Shown: positions 16,820 to 28,039 of the stretch, piece after piece
How the letters are laid out: every line of letters begins with the position of its first letter
How positions within the stretch are numbered: position 1 is the stretch's first letter
DNA from: Candidatus Heimdallarchaeota archaeon
GTDB taxonomy: Archaea > Asgardarchaeota > Wukongarchaeia > Wukongarchaeales > JBHIFL01
NCBI GenBank assembly: GCA_046761065.1
Contig: JBHIFL010000049.1
Span: forward strand, 1 to 31,956
Direction: 5' to 3'
Length of the DNA: 31,956 nucleotides
Translations under genes and position numbers: made by a program
The notes under the pieces: model-generated
Told to the model about the DNA's origin: nothing
The model's input: only the letters and a program-made list of their open reading frames with translations
The model's database searches: none

Positions 16820-17279
16820 ATGACTCCAAAAAAATCTATGAAATCTAAGAAACGAAAACGGCGTAATAAAGCGGCATGTTGGATACTTGTCATCTCAGGT
16901 TTGTTGATGATTGTAGGAGGAGTAGTCAACGGTCAAGGCATCATCGGAGTCATTGGCCAACTTCTTATCAAATTTCAAATAATAACCAGTCCTTTGCTAG
17001 TGTTTTTTTATTGCAGTATCTGTTTTAATTTGTGCGATCTTTGGGTTATTGGGTGGATTTTCAGTAATCTTTGGAGCGTATCTTATTTCTAAGAATCACA
17101 TTCTGTTGGGTAAATTTATTGTAGGGCTAGGTGCAGGTGGAGGCCTCTATACCCTAATTATTCTGGTATTTCTTGCATTATATTGGGGGGTTTTAATGGA
17201 CTTTTTTTGGGCATTGACTCATTCAATAGGCGCAATAGGTATCCTTCTTAGCATTTATGGAAGAATGAAAATTCATTAG
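16820..17279 (+). pseudogene. 4-TM Gly-rich membrane protein split by a frameshift in a T7 run (17003-17009)
   Basis: Removing one T fuses the ORFs into ..PLLVFFIAVSVLICAIFGLLGGFSVIFGAYL..GKFIVGLGAGGG.. Confidence 0.75.
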
Positions 17280-17778
17280 GTAATATGGTCATTAGAGACG
17301 TTATTGCATCAAATGTTCAATTATTTAATATAAACAGTGTCTGTGGTTTTAAAATATCGTAGCTTATGGTATGGAAAGAGGATTGGTCAAAATAATGGCT
17401 CTAATACTTGAATGTTTAAAAACCAGAACTTACATTCAAATTGGGAAGGGGGATTCTGAATTAGCCAAGGGTAGAAAGGTAAAAACAAAGATAATAATTA
17501 AAACACCATTGAAAAAGTGATTTACCTTGATTTTCGTTTACTTCGTCTCACTAATTTCGTTACAAGAAAAAGAATCACTTGATTCCATTTTCGCCAATTA
17601 GAGTTAATATCCGCCTTATTAGAGTTTTTGGAAACGCTCATAGATTAAGCCATTTGAGCTCGATAAGACAAAAAGATACTTGATGATTTTAACTATCTGA
17701 GTATAGCGCATATCCGTCCCCGGATTCCGTCCTACTTCCAAATTAGGAACTATTAGAACTCTGAACTCGGCGCTCATC

Positions 17779-20226
17779 TCATGAACGATGGAGGTTTTGG
17801 AGCCTGTAGCTTTGTCTTCGTTTTACACGGATTAAAGAAGCTATTATAAGAACTAAGGATACGAATATTATAGGAACCATTCCGTTTTGGGTTTCCGGGA
17901 CGGAAGTGGTGGTTTTAGGATTTTGGATCGTAAATGATCTCGCTGAAACATCCTTCGCCGTAAGCCCATTTGAACAGGTGGCGACGATCTGGAGCCAATA
18001 CACGGATCCATCTGCAACGGTAGTGGTATCCCACTCGTACTCTAGGGTCGAGAGGTCCGAGGCCAATGAAATCCAGGTCTGCCCCGCATCTGGGGAGTAC
18101 AAGACGGTATATGTGATGGGATGCTCCCATGAATCATTTGCAGCTAGCCATCGGATTTTAACGGTGCCCTGGAGCGTTTCCCTACTTTTGGGCTCTATAA
18201 GGGTTGGGGGGGAAAGGTGGTGAGAAAAGACAGAAACCATTAGAGGAGATGGGTCGCGGTTGAACCTTTGCGGGTCAATGGAATAGGGGGTATCTGCAAC
18301 CCTGTCCCCATTCTGATCTGTGCTGCGATGATCGTCCCAATAATTGTATGCAAAAACGGTGTTTAAACCGGTATCATACGCTTGAGCGCCACGTCCAACA
18401 TTGTTGCCCCGAAAATCATTCCACATCACCGTGTTATTCATAGGGATAGGGCCATATGGGGCCGGAGGACGACCAAAATAGGGGGTATATGATTCTAGGA
18501 TTATACCATAGCCCCAGTTATGGGCGATGGTATTGTAGGTCACGTTTGTATTATGAGATAGATGAAGCTCAATTCCATACGTACAATTAGCAATGGTGTT
18601 GTGGTGGATAGTCACGTTCTCACAGAAGGCAAGGAAAACACCTATCGCGACCCGAGATATGTTCCCTTTAGTCACTTCGACCCCCGTACAATTGAGTAAG
18701 ACGACCTGTCCCGCGCCTGCCGGTACCCTCCCTCCTCGGACATTCTGCCAGAAGACTAAGGGACGATCATTCACCATGTTCTCTTTCACAGTTGCTTGTA
18801 AAATGTCTTTAACGGGTGTGACAGTAAAACCGGCTCTTAACACCTCCGATAAACCAGTAAGAACTAGATCCGCAGTGGTCAACTGATTCCTAACTAGGGT
18901 ATTCTGCGGAGATTGATGGATTTGAATTCCCGCCCCACAATCCGAAACCGTATTGTTGGAAATGGTGTTCTGTCTCCCTTTATTGAGCTTAATTCCCGCC
19001 CCACAATTAATGACCGTATTATGAGTTACCGTACTATTCCTTGATTCATATAAGGCAATTCCATCCTTGCTACAATTGGTAACGATATTGCTGTAGATGT
19101 TCAAATTCGAGCAGAACGCAGTGAACACCCCATTTACAACCTGCGAAATGGTGGCTTTGGTCACTTCGACCCCTGTACAATTGAGTAAGACGACCTGTCC
19201 CGCGCCTGCCGGTACCCTCCCTCCTTGGACGTCCTGCCAGAAGACTAAGGGGCGATTGTTCACCTTATTTTCTGTAACGGTGGCTTGTAAATAGTTCTCA
19301 ATGGTTCCGATAAACGGGATTATGGACCAATCTGGTTTTAGCCATAGTTCAATAACTAGTCCCCCAGTATTGTCCAATTGATTTCGGATCACGGTGTTCT
19401 GTGAGGAGGCATAAATGTAAAGGCCCACCCCACACTTAGAAATGCCATTATCGGAAACGGTGATCTGCTTGGACTCGTCCATCAGTGCAATTCCCCTCCC
19501 GCAGTCTGATATCGTATTATTCGCCACAACGGTCAAACGCGAGTATTCAACCTTAATTCCGGCCTCTGTACAATTAAAAATCGTATTGTGCACCAAACGG
19601 CTATTCGCATCCTCAAGTGTAATCCCCGCCTTCTTACAATCAAAAATCGTATTGTCGGTCACGTGATTGTTCTTTCCATAACCGTAAATTCCATCGTACT
19701 CACAATCGGAGATGGTGTTACGAGTTATGGTATTATTGTCCGCCGAATAAATGAGAATTCCCCAGTAACTGTTATTAATGATATTGGAATCAACGGTGCC
19801 ATGGATTACATTACCTAACGCAATTCCTACGTATGTTCTAGGAACGCCGGTTAAGACATTGTTCCGGATGCAGAAATACGCTGTCGTATCATCTATGTCA
19901 ATCAATATTTCATATGATCCACCATACCTAGTGATATTCAAGCCTTCGATAAGATAGGGGTTCTCTTCCGTTCCCGTTCCAGGAAAGCCGAAAGCGGCAA
20001 AATCCGCGTTGTTCGTAATCTGGATCGGTTCATGTGGTTGATATTGTAGATTTGCTCTAGCCAAGGGTTTTGGGAGCCCAAGGTGAGCCAATGTCCTATC
20101 AACAGGGAGGTTTTGAAGATCAGCATCATAGGCTTCAGGAAGCTTTGAAGTTTGGTCTAAAGGGGACAAAAAGATAAGCAAACTTAATGCTAAAACCATG
20201 TTTACGAATCGTAACCACTTCTCCAA
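17779..20226 (-). CDS. NosD/CASH-type right-handed beta-helix surface protein with Ig/FN3-like domain and C-terminal anchor
   Basis: Signal peptide, PGTGTEENPYLIEG, many NTIxxCxxGI repeats, YNYWDD, YSPDAGQTW, Thr-rich linker, TM + KRR; GGAGG SD before TTG. Confidence 0.9.
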   Translation of the reverse strand: MEKWLRFVNMVLALSLLIFLSPLDQTSKLPEAYDADLQNLPVDRTLAHLGLPKPLARANLQYQPHEPIQITNNADFAAFGFPGTGTEENPYLIEGLNITRYGGSYEILIDIDDTTAYFCIRNNVLTGVPRTYVGIALGNVIHGTVDSNIINNSYWGILIYSADNNTITRNTISDCEYDGIYGYGKNNHVTDNTIFDCKKAGITLEDANSRLVHNTIFNCTEAGIKVEYSRLTVVANNTISDCGRGIALMDESKQITVSDNGISKCGVGLYIYASSQNTVIRNQLDNTGGLVIELWLKPDWSIIPFIGTIENYLQATVTENKVNNRPLVFWQDVQGGRVPAGAGQVVLLNCTGVEVTKATISQVVNGVFTAFCSNLNIYSNIVTNCSKDGIALYESRNSTVTHNTVINCGAGIKLNKGRQNTISNNTVSDCGAGIQIHQSPQNTLVRNQLTTADLVLTGLSEVLRAGFTVTPVKDILQATVKENMVNDRPLVFWQNVRGGRVPAGAGQVVLLNCTGVEVTKGNISRVAIGVFLAFCENVTIHHNTIANCTYGIELHLSHNTNVTYNTIAHNWGYGIILESYTPYFGRPPAPYGPIPMNNTVMWNDFRGNNVGRGAQAYDTGLNTVFAYNYWDDHRSTDQNGDRVADTPYSIDPQRFNRDPSPLMVSVFSHHLSPPTLIEPKSRETLQGTVKIRWLAANDSWEHPITYTVLYSPDAGQTWISLASDLSTLEYEWDTTTVADGSVYWLQIVATCSNGLTAKDVSARSFTIQNPKTTTSVPETQNGMVPIIFVSLVLIIASLIRVKRRQSYRLQNLHRS
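18671..19260. repeat. Near-identical internal duplication of about 100 bp (18671-18771 and 19160-19260), 489 bp apart
   Basis: Both copies encode RPLVFWQxVxGGRVPAGAGQVVLLNCTGVEVT with few substitutions. Confidence 0.9.
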
Positions 20227-20410
20227 ATGCTTATACCCTCCTCATGACATCATTATTTATCATGTTTTAATTCGAAAAATGAAGCAATCATCCGTGAATA
20301 TATATCTTGTTTATAAATGGTTGATAGAGTCATAAATGTGTCGAGTGAGGATTAATGATGCCACAAAGATTATGTTCATAGGCAAGTAGAATATATAACA
20401 ATATAATAAC

Positions 20411-20433
20411 ATAATATAATCTTATTATATTAT
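20411..20433. repeat. Perfect 10-bp AT-only inverted repeat ATAATATAAT-ctt-ATTATATTAT just downstream of surE
   Basis: Read directly; lies in a low-complexity AT tract; terminator or operator role unproven. Confidence 0.45.
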
Positions 20434-20434
20434 T

Positions 20435-21250
20435 TTACTCCCGTTCTAATAACTTTAAATCGTTTTCAACAATAGGATTTTCCCTAGTATCAAAGTGAAG
20501 GGTTATTGGAGTGATGCTTATGACCTTCTTTTTAAGTACCGCATAAGCATCGGTGTTTTTAGGGATGTCATGAGTATCTCCCCAAATCCAATAATAAGGA
20601 ATCCCTCTCGGGTCTTCTCGGCGCATTGTATAATCACGATATTTTGTCATAGCCATTTTACAGATCTCTATCGGGGTCTCTGTTGAGACGGGGTTGGGAA
20701 AGTTGACATTTAAAAACCCAATCCCTTTTGGAAGACCTTTCTTAGTTACTTTACGAATGAGTTCACAGGCGATTTCTGCAGCGATTTTCATGCCTGGAGG
20801 GTTCGCAGAATCATCGAAGAACAGATGTTCATCAACATCGATGGAAAACGCAATAGCAGGAAATCCAAGAAGGGCAGCCTCAAACGCAACCACACACGTA
20901 CCAGATGTTAAAATGGAATGTGCAGATGTATTTTCCCCAGCATTAATTCCCGACACAATTAAGTCAAATGGCGGTTCCCCGGCATTTGCCCGCTGATAAA
21001 CTCCATGAATAACTGCATCAGCTGGTGTGCCAGTAGTTTGCCACCCAATTTTTCCATCAAGATAAGAGAGAGGTACCTCTTGAATGCGAACAGGCTGATC
21101 GAAAGTAATTGCCTTACTTTCCCCGGAACGTTGGGTATGGGGGTCAATAACTGTAACATCCCATTTTTGATCATGCATTGCACGAGCTAAAGTTTGAATT
21201 CCATTGGAGTATATTCCATCATCATTGGATAATAGAATAGCCGTAGTCAT
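20435..21250 (-). CDS. surE: 5'/3'-nucleotidase SurE
   Basis: LLSNDDG, GTPADAV, VSGINAGEN, SGT, LNVNFP, ISITP; ATG 21250 after GGAG. Confidence 0.95.
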   Translation of the reverse strand: MTTAILLSNDDGIYSNGIQTLARAMHDQKWDVTVIDPHTQRSGESKAITFDQPVRIQEVPLSYLDGKIGWQTTGTPADAVIHGVYQRANAGEPPFDLIVSGINAGENTSAHSILTSGTCVVAFEAALLGFPAIAFSIDVDEHLFFDDSANPPGMKIAAEIACELIRKVTKKGLPKGIGFLNVNFPNPVSTETPIEICKMAMTKYRDYTMRREDPRGIPYYWIWGDTHDIPKNTDAYAVLKKKVISITPITLHFDTRENPIVENDLKLLERE

Positions 21251-21394
21251 GTCAATTCTCCCGTAACATGTCATTACTTTATGCAAAACAATATTTTGTT
21301 AGATAATAACATCGCAGATATCACCGGTTTAATACCTTTTAACCAGAATACTGTTAAAACCTTCGTGTTTTAAGTAGGAAGGCTATCAAGAGCG

Positions 21395-22048
21395 CTATTC
21401 TTTTGCATATTGATCCATTTGGTCTCCTCTTAATTCAAACCTACTTCCATAGTACCTTGAAAAAGTATCAAAAATTTCCTTATAGGGGAGATTAGCATAT
21501 ACTCCTCGATCTCTTACATATTCTACAAAAAGGTTCCCTAACTTATCGTGTGATGGAAAAATCGCATCATCTACCCCATTAAAGGTGCAAACTGGCAGAT
21601 TATGCTTTTCACAAAGTGTAGCGTCAAATGCAGGCGTAAGCTTTATCCACCGGTTAACAAGGTAAACTTCAGTGTATCCATGAAAAACAAAGACCTTAGT
21701 TCCCATGAACTCTTGTAAATGCGGAGAACTTCGGTGATTAATAATATCTGCAAAATGTAACCGTGCAGGAATATTGTTGGCACGTAATAATGCAGCTAAA
21801 GCCACTGCTTTTTGAATACAGAATCCTTTTTCCCTTAAAATGGTTGTACTTGCTTTCATATCAGCTGGACTATCATGCTGAACCCTTTCAACTGTATACT
21901 TGATTTTATCTCGTACATAGTTGAAGGATAATTTTGTAAAATCAACATCCTGATTAGAGCTCTCACTTATTTTTTCTACTAATTTCGTGATAACTTCCGA
22001 TTTAGAGTCGATAAAAAACGTTGGTTCAAGATATTTACTAGAAACCAT
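21395..22048 (-). CDS. Transglutaminase-like (Cys-His-Asp) protein
   Basis: YVRDKIKY, GFCIQKA, IPARL, FHGYTEVY, WIKLTPAFD; ATG 22048 after AAGGA. Confidence 0.9.
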   Translation of the reverse strand: MVSSKYLEPTFFIDSKSEVITKLVEKISESSNQDVDFTKLSFNYVRDKIKYTVERVQHDSPADMKASTTILREKGFCIQKAVALAALLRANNIPARLHFADIINHRSSPHLQEFMGTKVFVFHGYTEVYLVNRWIKLTPAFDATLCEKHNLPVCTFNGVDDAIFPSHDKLGNLFVEYVRDRGVYANLPYKEIFDTFSRYYGSRFELRGDQMDQYAKE

Positions 22049-22163
22049 GAGTTGTTCCTTCCTGGGACAACAGACCAACAATGCTATTATATTAAAATCG
22101 ATCTAAAAAAGCAAAAATAAATAAAAAGAGGTTAATTGCCCCTAAAGATCATGTAAGGCATTT

Positions 22164-24574
22164 TTAAGAAACCATTCGATTGTAGAGCATATCGGGTAGA
22201 GAGCTGCGCCACATCTTCCAAGCAAGAAGACTAGTGGCAAGAAAAACACAGAAGAGGATTAAGCCAAATACAACTACCCACATCTCTACAGGGATTACTG
22301 CTGGAATATACAAATCAGAAATAATATAATTGTAAGCCGGCTGTAATAATGCTAAACTGATAGGTAAGCCAATAACAAATCCGAAAATGCCGAAAAGAAG
22401 ATTCTTGAAGAAAATTATTTTCAATATATCCCATGAACTTGATCCCATAGCTCTAAGAGCTAAAAATTCCATTTCTCGACCCATTATCGCTAATGACATA
22501 CTCGTAAATGTGAAAATCACTAGTATGCTCAGCCCTAATATCGCAATAAAGAGTAGGAATTGGATCATCGTTTCCATTAGCCCTTCTAACATTTTTATGG
22601 CTTCATTACTATCTGTATAGGCGTATGGTTGATATTTTTCTTGAATAAGTTGTTTTAACTGCATTTTCTTCTCCCTAGACAAGTTTTTTTCGTAAGTAAA
22701 GATAAATCCAGTTATATTTTCAGAAATTCCAATACCCTGTGCATCATTAGTACGTTGTTGCAATGCTTCAATAGTCCAAAGAAGAGAATTATCAAGCAGT
22801 TCTCCTGTAATTCCTGCTACTTCTACTTTCAGCTGAATCTTAAGATCAAATACTAAATTGAGTTGATCTCCAGGTTCTATACCTAAATTTTTCGCCAGAA
22901 CACTCCCTATTAACAGTTTATCCTTGTTAAGCTCTTTCGTTCCTTTAATGATATGAAACTCTCGTAACGTAGTATTTTGGTGAAAGACCTGTAGAGGGAC
23001 TCGTTGAGATTCGATCCAGACATTCATATATAGAATACCTTCTACAGCCCTTATACCTGTTGTATTTTGTCGAATCCAGGTTTTTATTGCTTGTTCGGAT
23101 ATTGGTTGCTGCAAAATAACTTGAACATCATATATCTCATAATCAGAATAATTTTGATTGACTCCTAAAAAATAGTCATACACAAAACTTGCAGAAGTGA
23201 CTAGAATAACCATAGATGCAGCTACAGCGAGAGCAGTTGATAACGAACGTTTTTTATTCATAAACACTGTTCTAAGAGGAATTTTAGAGATTAATCGACT
23301 GAAAATACCGAATGGTCTCAGTAATTGTTCCAAAAGGGGCTCTTTCCCAAGTTCACTAGTAGAATAAGGCGCTTTCATTGCCTCATGCGGTGTTAACCGC
23401 AGCACGGGTAAAGTTGACAAAAATGAGAACACAAACACTACTATTAAGGTTAGTAGGGTTCCACCAATCCAAATCACAAGGTCAGGTTCTATTTTAGTAG
23501 TAACTAAACCAATCAAATTTAATATTCCAAAATTTATCAATTCAAAATTGATAAAGGCCGCTCCTAACCATCCAAGGACAATTCCTATTATTCCGAGCAC
23601 TATTCCAATGTTAACATAATGAGAAAGGATGTCACGATTTCTCGCCCCTAATGCTCCATATAAGCCAATATGAGTCCTTTGTGCCATTACGAGCTTACTC
23701 AGCGAGTTATAGATGGCAATTGAACCGGCAATTAGACTAAATAAACTGAATAATATTCCCAAATTCTCAATTAAACCCATACGAAGATCAAGCATTTTCT
23801 TATCTGCAGTCTTATCCCAATATATTACCTTTTGAATATTAAATTCACCTAAAGCAGTTGATAGGGTTTGATCTGCTTTTTGAGAAGCACTATGAGACCG
23901 TTCTTCTGATTTGACTAAAATTTCATTAATCCCTGATAGATTGAATCTTTCTTGCATCATTTTTAGAGGCATATAGATCACACATAGTTGGCCCAGAGTT
24001 AGGAACTCTGTTTGCTCATCCACAACAAAGAGATACTCGGAATCTGCCACAAGTCCCGCTATTATTACATCAATGGTAAATTCTCTAAAATTAATAATAA
24101 GGTGATCATTCAAGGATGCCCCAGTACCAAATAAAAGAGCACCACTAAAATGTTGTTCGACTAATACTTGATTCGCAGATAATTGAAACGTGCCCGAACG
24201 AAGTTGTAATTTATTGATGGCATTCCTTCCCAAATCAACTCCGATTAAATACGCATTATATGTGCCTTCATTGTGAATCACTGAAGCATATTCAAAGATT
24301 CTACCTTCGAGGTTAGTGATGCCAGTGGCTTCTCTTTCGGGTTCTGTTAATAATGTTGCGACATCATTTTCTGAGATGAATTCAGTTAAACGTATTCTAA
24401 GATCTGCATTGTTCAGAAGTTCATCGTTAGCTGCCACAGAAGCTTTTGCTGAGTTTACTATGTTTAAAAATCCAATCCCAAAGGCATTGCAACAAAAACT
24501 GTTAAAATTATTAATATAGAACGAAATTTATTGAATCGAATTTCCCGAAAGATCTTTTTAGTGAAAATTTTCAA
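22164..24574 (-). pseudogene. FtsX/MacB-type ABC permease (two permease halves) with an N-terminal frameshift near 24485
   Basis: TTG 24574 after GAAGGTG gives MKIFTKKIFREIRFNKFRSILIILTVFVA; adding one base continues as AFGIGFLN..VAANDE; QRTHIGLYGALG and REMEFLALRAMG motifs. Confidence 0.85.
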
Positions 24575-24594
24575 CGATTATGCACCTTCTTGTT

Positions 24595-25302
24595 TTAATT
24601 TTCGTTGTGAAGACTTTCCACTGATTCAATCCGTCCATCTCGTAGATGAAATACGCGATCCGCCTTCTCTGTGATGCTAACATCATGTGAAACAACAATA
24701 TAGGTCCCTCCGAATTTATTATTGAGATCTTTCATCAAATCAGCAATTTTTTGACCTGTTACATAATCCAGATTTCCAGTGGGTTCATCTGCAACAACAA
24801 TCTTTGGATTTTTTACAAGAGCTCGTGCAATGGCAACACGTTGTTGTTCTCCTCCAGATAATTGGCTTGGAAATCGTTGTGTCTTGTCACCAAGACCTAC
24901 TGCTTCTAATATCTTATAAGCCCGCTCTCTGAGCGTTTTTCGCTCTCCTTTGAATTCAAGGGCCAATGCAACATTCTCCCAAGCTCGGAGGGAAGGAATT
25001 AAGTTGAAAAATTGAAAAATCCACCCAACTTTGTTCCGTCGATATTCAGATAACTGAGCAGACCCTAGTTTGGTAATATTTTCCCACATCACTTTAACTA
25101 TTCCTCTTGAAGGGGAATCAATTCCACCTATTTGATTAAGTAATGTAGTTTTACCTGACCCGCTTGGTCCAAGCACGACAACAAACTCACCCTCATACAC
25201 TTCCATCGAAATTCCGCGAAGTGCATGAACTATATGATCCCCCATCATGAATTCTCGATGGATATCTGAGACAGTTACCATTGGGTTTCTTTTTGCTGCC
25301 AT
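24595..25302 (-). CDS. ABC ATP-binding protein, LolD/MacB family
   Basis: [41 protein letters not shown]. Confidence 0.95.
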   Translation of the reverse strand: MAAKRNPMVTVSDIHREFMMGDHIVHALRGISMEVYEGEFVVVLGPSGSGKTTLLNQIGGIDSPSRGIVKVMWENITKLGSAQLSEYRRNKVGWIFQFFNLIPSLRAWENVALALEFKGERKTLRERAYKILEAVGLGDKTQRFPSQLSGGEQQRVAIARALVKNPKIVVADEPTGNLDYVTGQKIADLMKDLNNKFGGTYIVVSHDVSITEKADRVFHLRDGRIESVESLHNEN

Positions 25303-25492
25303 AATTAATCACACGTATTATTCCAATATTTGGAATTAAATAATTTTTGTTTTTGGAAAAATCATGTCCAAGTTTTATGATATAATAGTTAAATTATTAG
25401 AATAGATTTGATGTAAACTAATTCAGTGAAATAAGAATTGATGAGCAAAATAAATTCGAATAACTTTCAAAATTTTCTTGGAGGTAAATAAT

Positions 25493-26401
25493 CTGGCTGA
25501 TAACTCCTCCCCATCTAAAATAAGTGAATTCCTCTCAAATGTAGCTGATTTATCATTCATGCAAATATTCATCCTTTATGTCTTAGTGACATTTTCTATG
25601 AGATCTGTTCGATTTAGTTTATTAAACCAAATTAATGATATATATTTTCAGGAAAAACCGTTATCTCCCTCTAGCTTCTACCATAGCTTACAAAAGCTGG
25701 AAAAAAAAGGATTTGTTTCCTTTCAAGGGGATAAAAAAAGTGGGAAAGCAAAAAGTGTTCAAGCTACTCCACTTGGGAAAGTTGTATTACAAAAAATCAG
25801 TCAATTAATGATTTATAGTGGTTTAGATATGGAAATGATCATAAATGAATTTGTTCCTAACATTGCAAATAAAGTCAAGTTAACTCCTGTACGTTCTATA
25901 CTTTTAATACCGTTTGATGAACTATTCCATATGGAATTGATTGATTTACACAACAAGATTTTGATCGCAGAAGAAATCAATATATTGACCGATGATAGCT
26001 CCTTTGAAAGATATTTGGAGCGAGGGATTACAAACATCCATCAAACAAAATTTCACCAAACAAGTCAGATGATTCGGGAACCAGATGATATTTTTGATAT
26101 GGCTTTATTAGTCCATTATCGGAGAACTAACCAATTATTTGGGATCTCTGAGAAAAAACTGCTTCAAGAAGTAGTAAGGGTGGTCAAACCCAACGGACAA
26201 TTGATCATATTTACTTTAGATAACATTCCTCAAACGAATCATATTATTTTTGATAGCTTAGGTGAAATAGTCAAAAATAGTCCTTTCTTTTTTGCGATAA
26301 GTGAGGAAGAATTACTATCGGATTTAAAAGATGTAGGGATTCAAGACCCGACTATCCTCAATTTAAATGGAGTACTAATTGGAAGAGCTATTGTTCTTTG
26401 A
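25493..26401 (+). CDS. Winged-helix (PadR-like) regulator fused to a degenerate SAM-methyltransferase-like domain
   Basis: SPSSFYHSLQKLEKKGFV..TPLG wHTH; DDIFDMA and EVVRVVKPNGQLII resemble class I MTase motifs; GGAGGT suggests CTG start at 25493. Confidence 0.7.
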   Translation: MADNSSPSKISEFLSNVADLSFMQIFILYVLVTFSMRSVRFSLLNQINDIYFQEKPLSPSSFYHSLQKLEKKGFVSFQGDKKSGKAKSVQATPLGKVVLQKISQLMIYSGLDMEMIINEFVPNIANKVKLTPVRSILLIPFDELFHMELIDLHNKILIAEEINILTDDSSFERYLERGITNIHQTKFHQTSQMIREPDDIFDMALLVHYRRTNQLFGISEKKLLQEVVRVVKPNGQLIIFTLDNIPQTNHIIFDSLGEIVKNSPFFFAISEEELLSDLKDVGIQDPTILNLNGVLIGRAIVL

Positions 26402-26566
26402 GTGCTTCTCACTGCTGTCTCCTTGGATTGATAATTTCCCCAAAATTTTATTTAACTCTCCGGAAATATTAAAATAGATATTATTACAATAAATCCAGCG
26501 AGTTTGCCCACATCACAATGGATACCTTCATTTAGGATATTGACCAGGTTCGGAGAGGTGAGAACA

Positions 26567-28039
26567 ATGGTGAATAGAGAAAAGACAGAAGAGTCGCTGG
26601 ACCCTGAAGAATGGGACAAACTCATAGCTCTAGGACATCGAATGCTAGATGATATGATGAATCATCTCCGCAATATAGCAGCACATCCATTCAACATGCC
26701 TACGGAGAACGCAATTAGCGAAATATGCGTTCCTTTGACCTCAGAGGGGGAAGGAGAAGAAAAAGTTTACGAGATCTTCCAAAAATATATCCGTCCATAC
26801 TTGGTTCAGAATATCAGCCCCCGTTTCTGGGGAGTAGTCGCGGGAACTGGCTCTCCTTATGGAATGCTTGCAGAAATGCTCGCGGGTGGCGTCAATTCAT
26901 TCCTTGAAACTATTGATGCATCGTGGTACGTGCATCAGCAAGTAATCGAATGGACCAAGGCCCTGCTTGGATATCCAACCGAAGCAGGTGGCGTCCTTGT
27001 TAGTGGGGGTTCAGAAGCGAATTTTACCGGATTAGCAGTCGCCCGGAATACTAAAGCCGAGGGAGATGTAAAGAAAAAGGGAGTCCAATCTCTCACCCGC
27101 GAAATGACCCTATATGTTTCCGAGGAGGGTCATCATTGCCTTGAGCGAAGTGTCGAACTCTTAGGTCTAGGAAACGAAGCCCTCAGATGGATCGCAGCAG
27201 ACGATGACTGCAAGATAAAGCTCTCTGCACTTAAAAACGCCATAAATGAGGACCGAAAACAAAACAAACACCCTTTCTGCATCATTGGTTGTGCTGGAAC
27301 CGTGAATAGTGGAGCGTTCGATCCGCTTAACGCATTAGCGGATCTGGCGGCAAAAGAAAAGATGTGGTTCCATGTAGATGGGGCGTTCGGGGCATGGGTC
27401 AAAATATCAAAAACCCACCAGCATCTGGCGAACGGACTTGAACGCGCGGACTCCCTTGCCGTCGACTTTCATAAATGGATGTATATGCCATATGGGATCG
27501 GGTGTACTCTTGTCAAGGATAGATTTGCTCACTTTGGTACCTTTGCATACGGTCATGAGGCTCAATATCTGAAATCCGAATTAGAAATAATAGAAGAGCT
27601 AGGGTCAAGTCCAGATTTCCTTGCTCTCCCCCTTTCGCGGACCTTCCTTAGCCTTAAGGCCTATATGCTTTTAAGGGCTTACGGGAAGGAGAAGTACAGT
27701 CGTCTCATTCAGCAGAACATTGACCAGATAAATTACCTGGCAGAATTAATCCGGAAAGAGCCTGAGATGGAGATTACGACACCAATAACCTCGAACATCG
27801 TCTGCTTCCGATACAAACCGGATGGACTCACAGAGAAAGAGCTAGAAAAGCTTAACAAGAGGATCGCAAAGGAATTTAATGCCATGTCATTTTGGATGAT
27901 CTCTGACACTACAATCAAAGGTAAGTATATGCTCCGTGTATGTAACACAAACCACCGAAGCACCAGAAAAGACTTCGACTATCTTGTCACTGAAGTCAAA
28001 AAGATCGGTGAACAACAAAACATTCATCTCATAAAATAA
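26567..28039 (+). CDS. Group II PLP-dependent amino acid decarboxylase
   Basis: SGGSEANF, AGTVNSGAFD, WFHVDGAFG, DFHKW; ATG 26567 after GAGGTGA. Confidence 0.92.
   Translation: MVNREKTEESLDPEEWDKLIALGHRMLDDMMNHLRNIAAHPFNMPTENAISEICVPLTSEGEGEEKVYEIFQKYIRPYLVQNISPRFWGVVAGTGSPYGMLAEMLAGGVNSFLETIDASWYVHQQVIEWTKALLGYPTEAGGVLVSGGSEANFTGLAVARNTKAEGDVKKKGVQSLTREMTLYVSEEGHHCLERSVELLGLGNEALRWIAADDDCKIKLSALKNAINEDRKQNKHPFCIIGCAGTVNSGAFDPLNALADLAAKEKMWFHVDGAFGAWVKISKTHQHLANGLERADSLAVDFHKWMYMPYGIGCTLVKDRFAHFGTFAYGHEAQYLKSELEIIEELGSSPDFLALPLSRTFLSLKAYMLLRAYGKEKYSRLIQQNIDQINYLAELIRKEPEMEITTPITSNIVCFRYKPDGLTEKELEKLNKRIAKEFNAMSFWMISDTTIKGKYMLRVCNTNHRSTRKDFDYLVTEVKKIGEQQNIHLIK

Noticed and set aside
17371-17520. 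49-aa basic ORF (MERGLVKIMAL..PLKK)
   Set aside because: No recognisable motif, weak SD, and such ORFs are expected by chance
18671-19260. Diversity-generating retroelement TR/VR pair
   Set aside because: Differences are not confined to adenines of one copy, both copies are in-frame coding modules, and no reverse transcriptase is present
21395-25302. ABC exporter and transglutaminase-like protein as RiPP export/processing partners
   Set aside because: More than 15 kb from the radical SAM locus with unrelated genes between; no evidence of linkage
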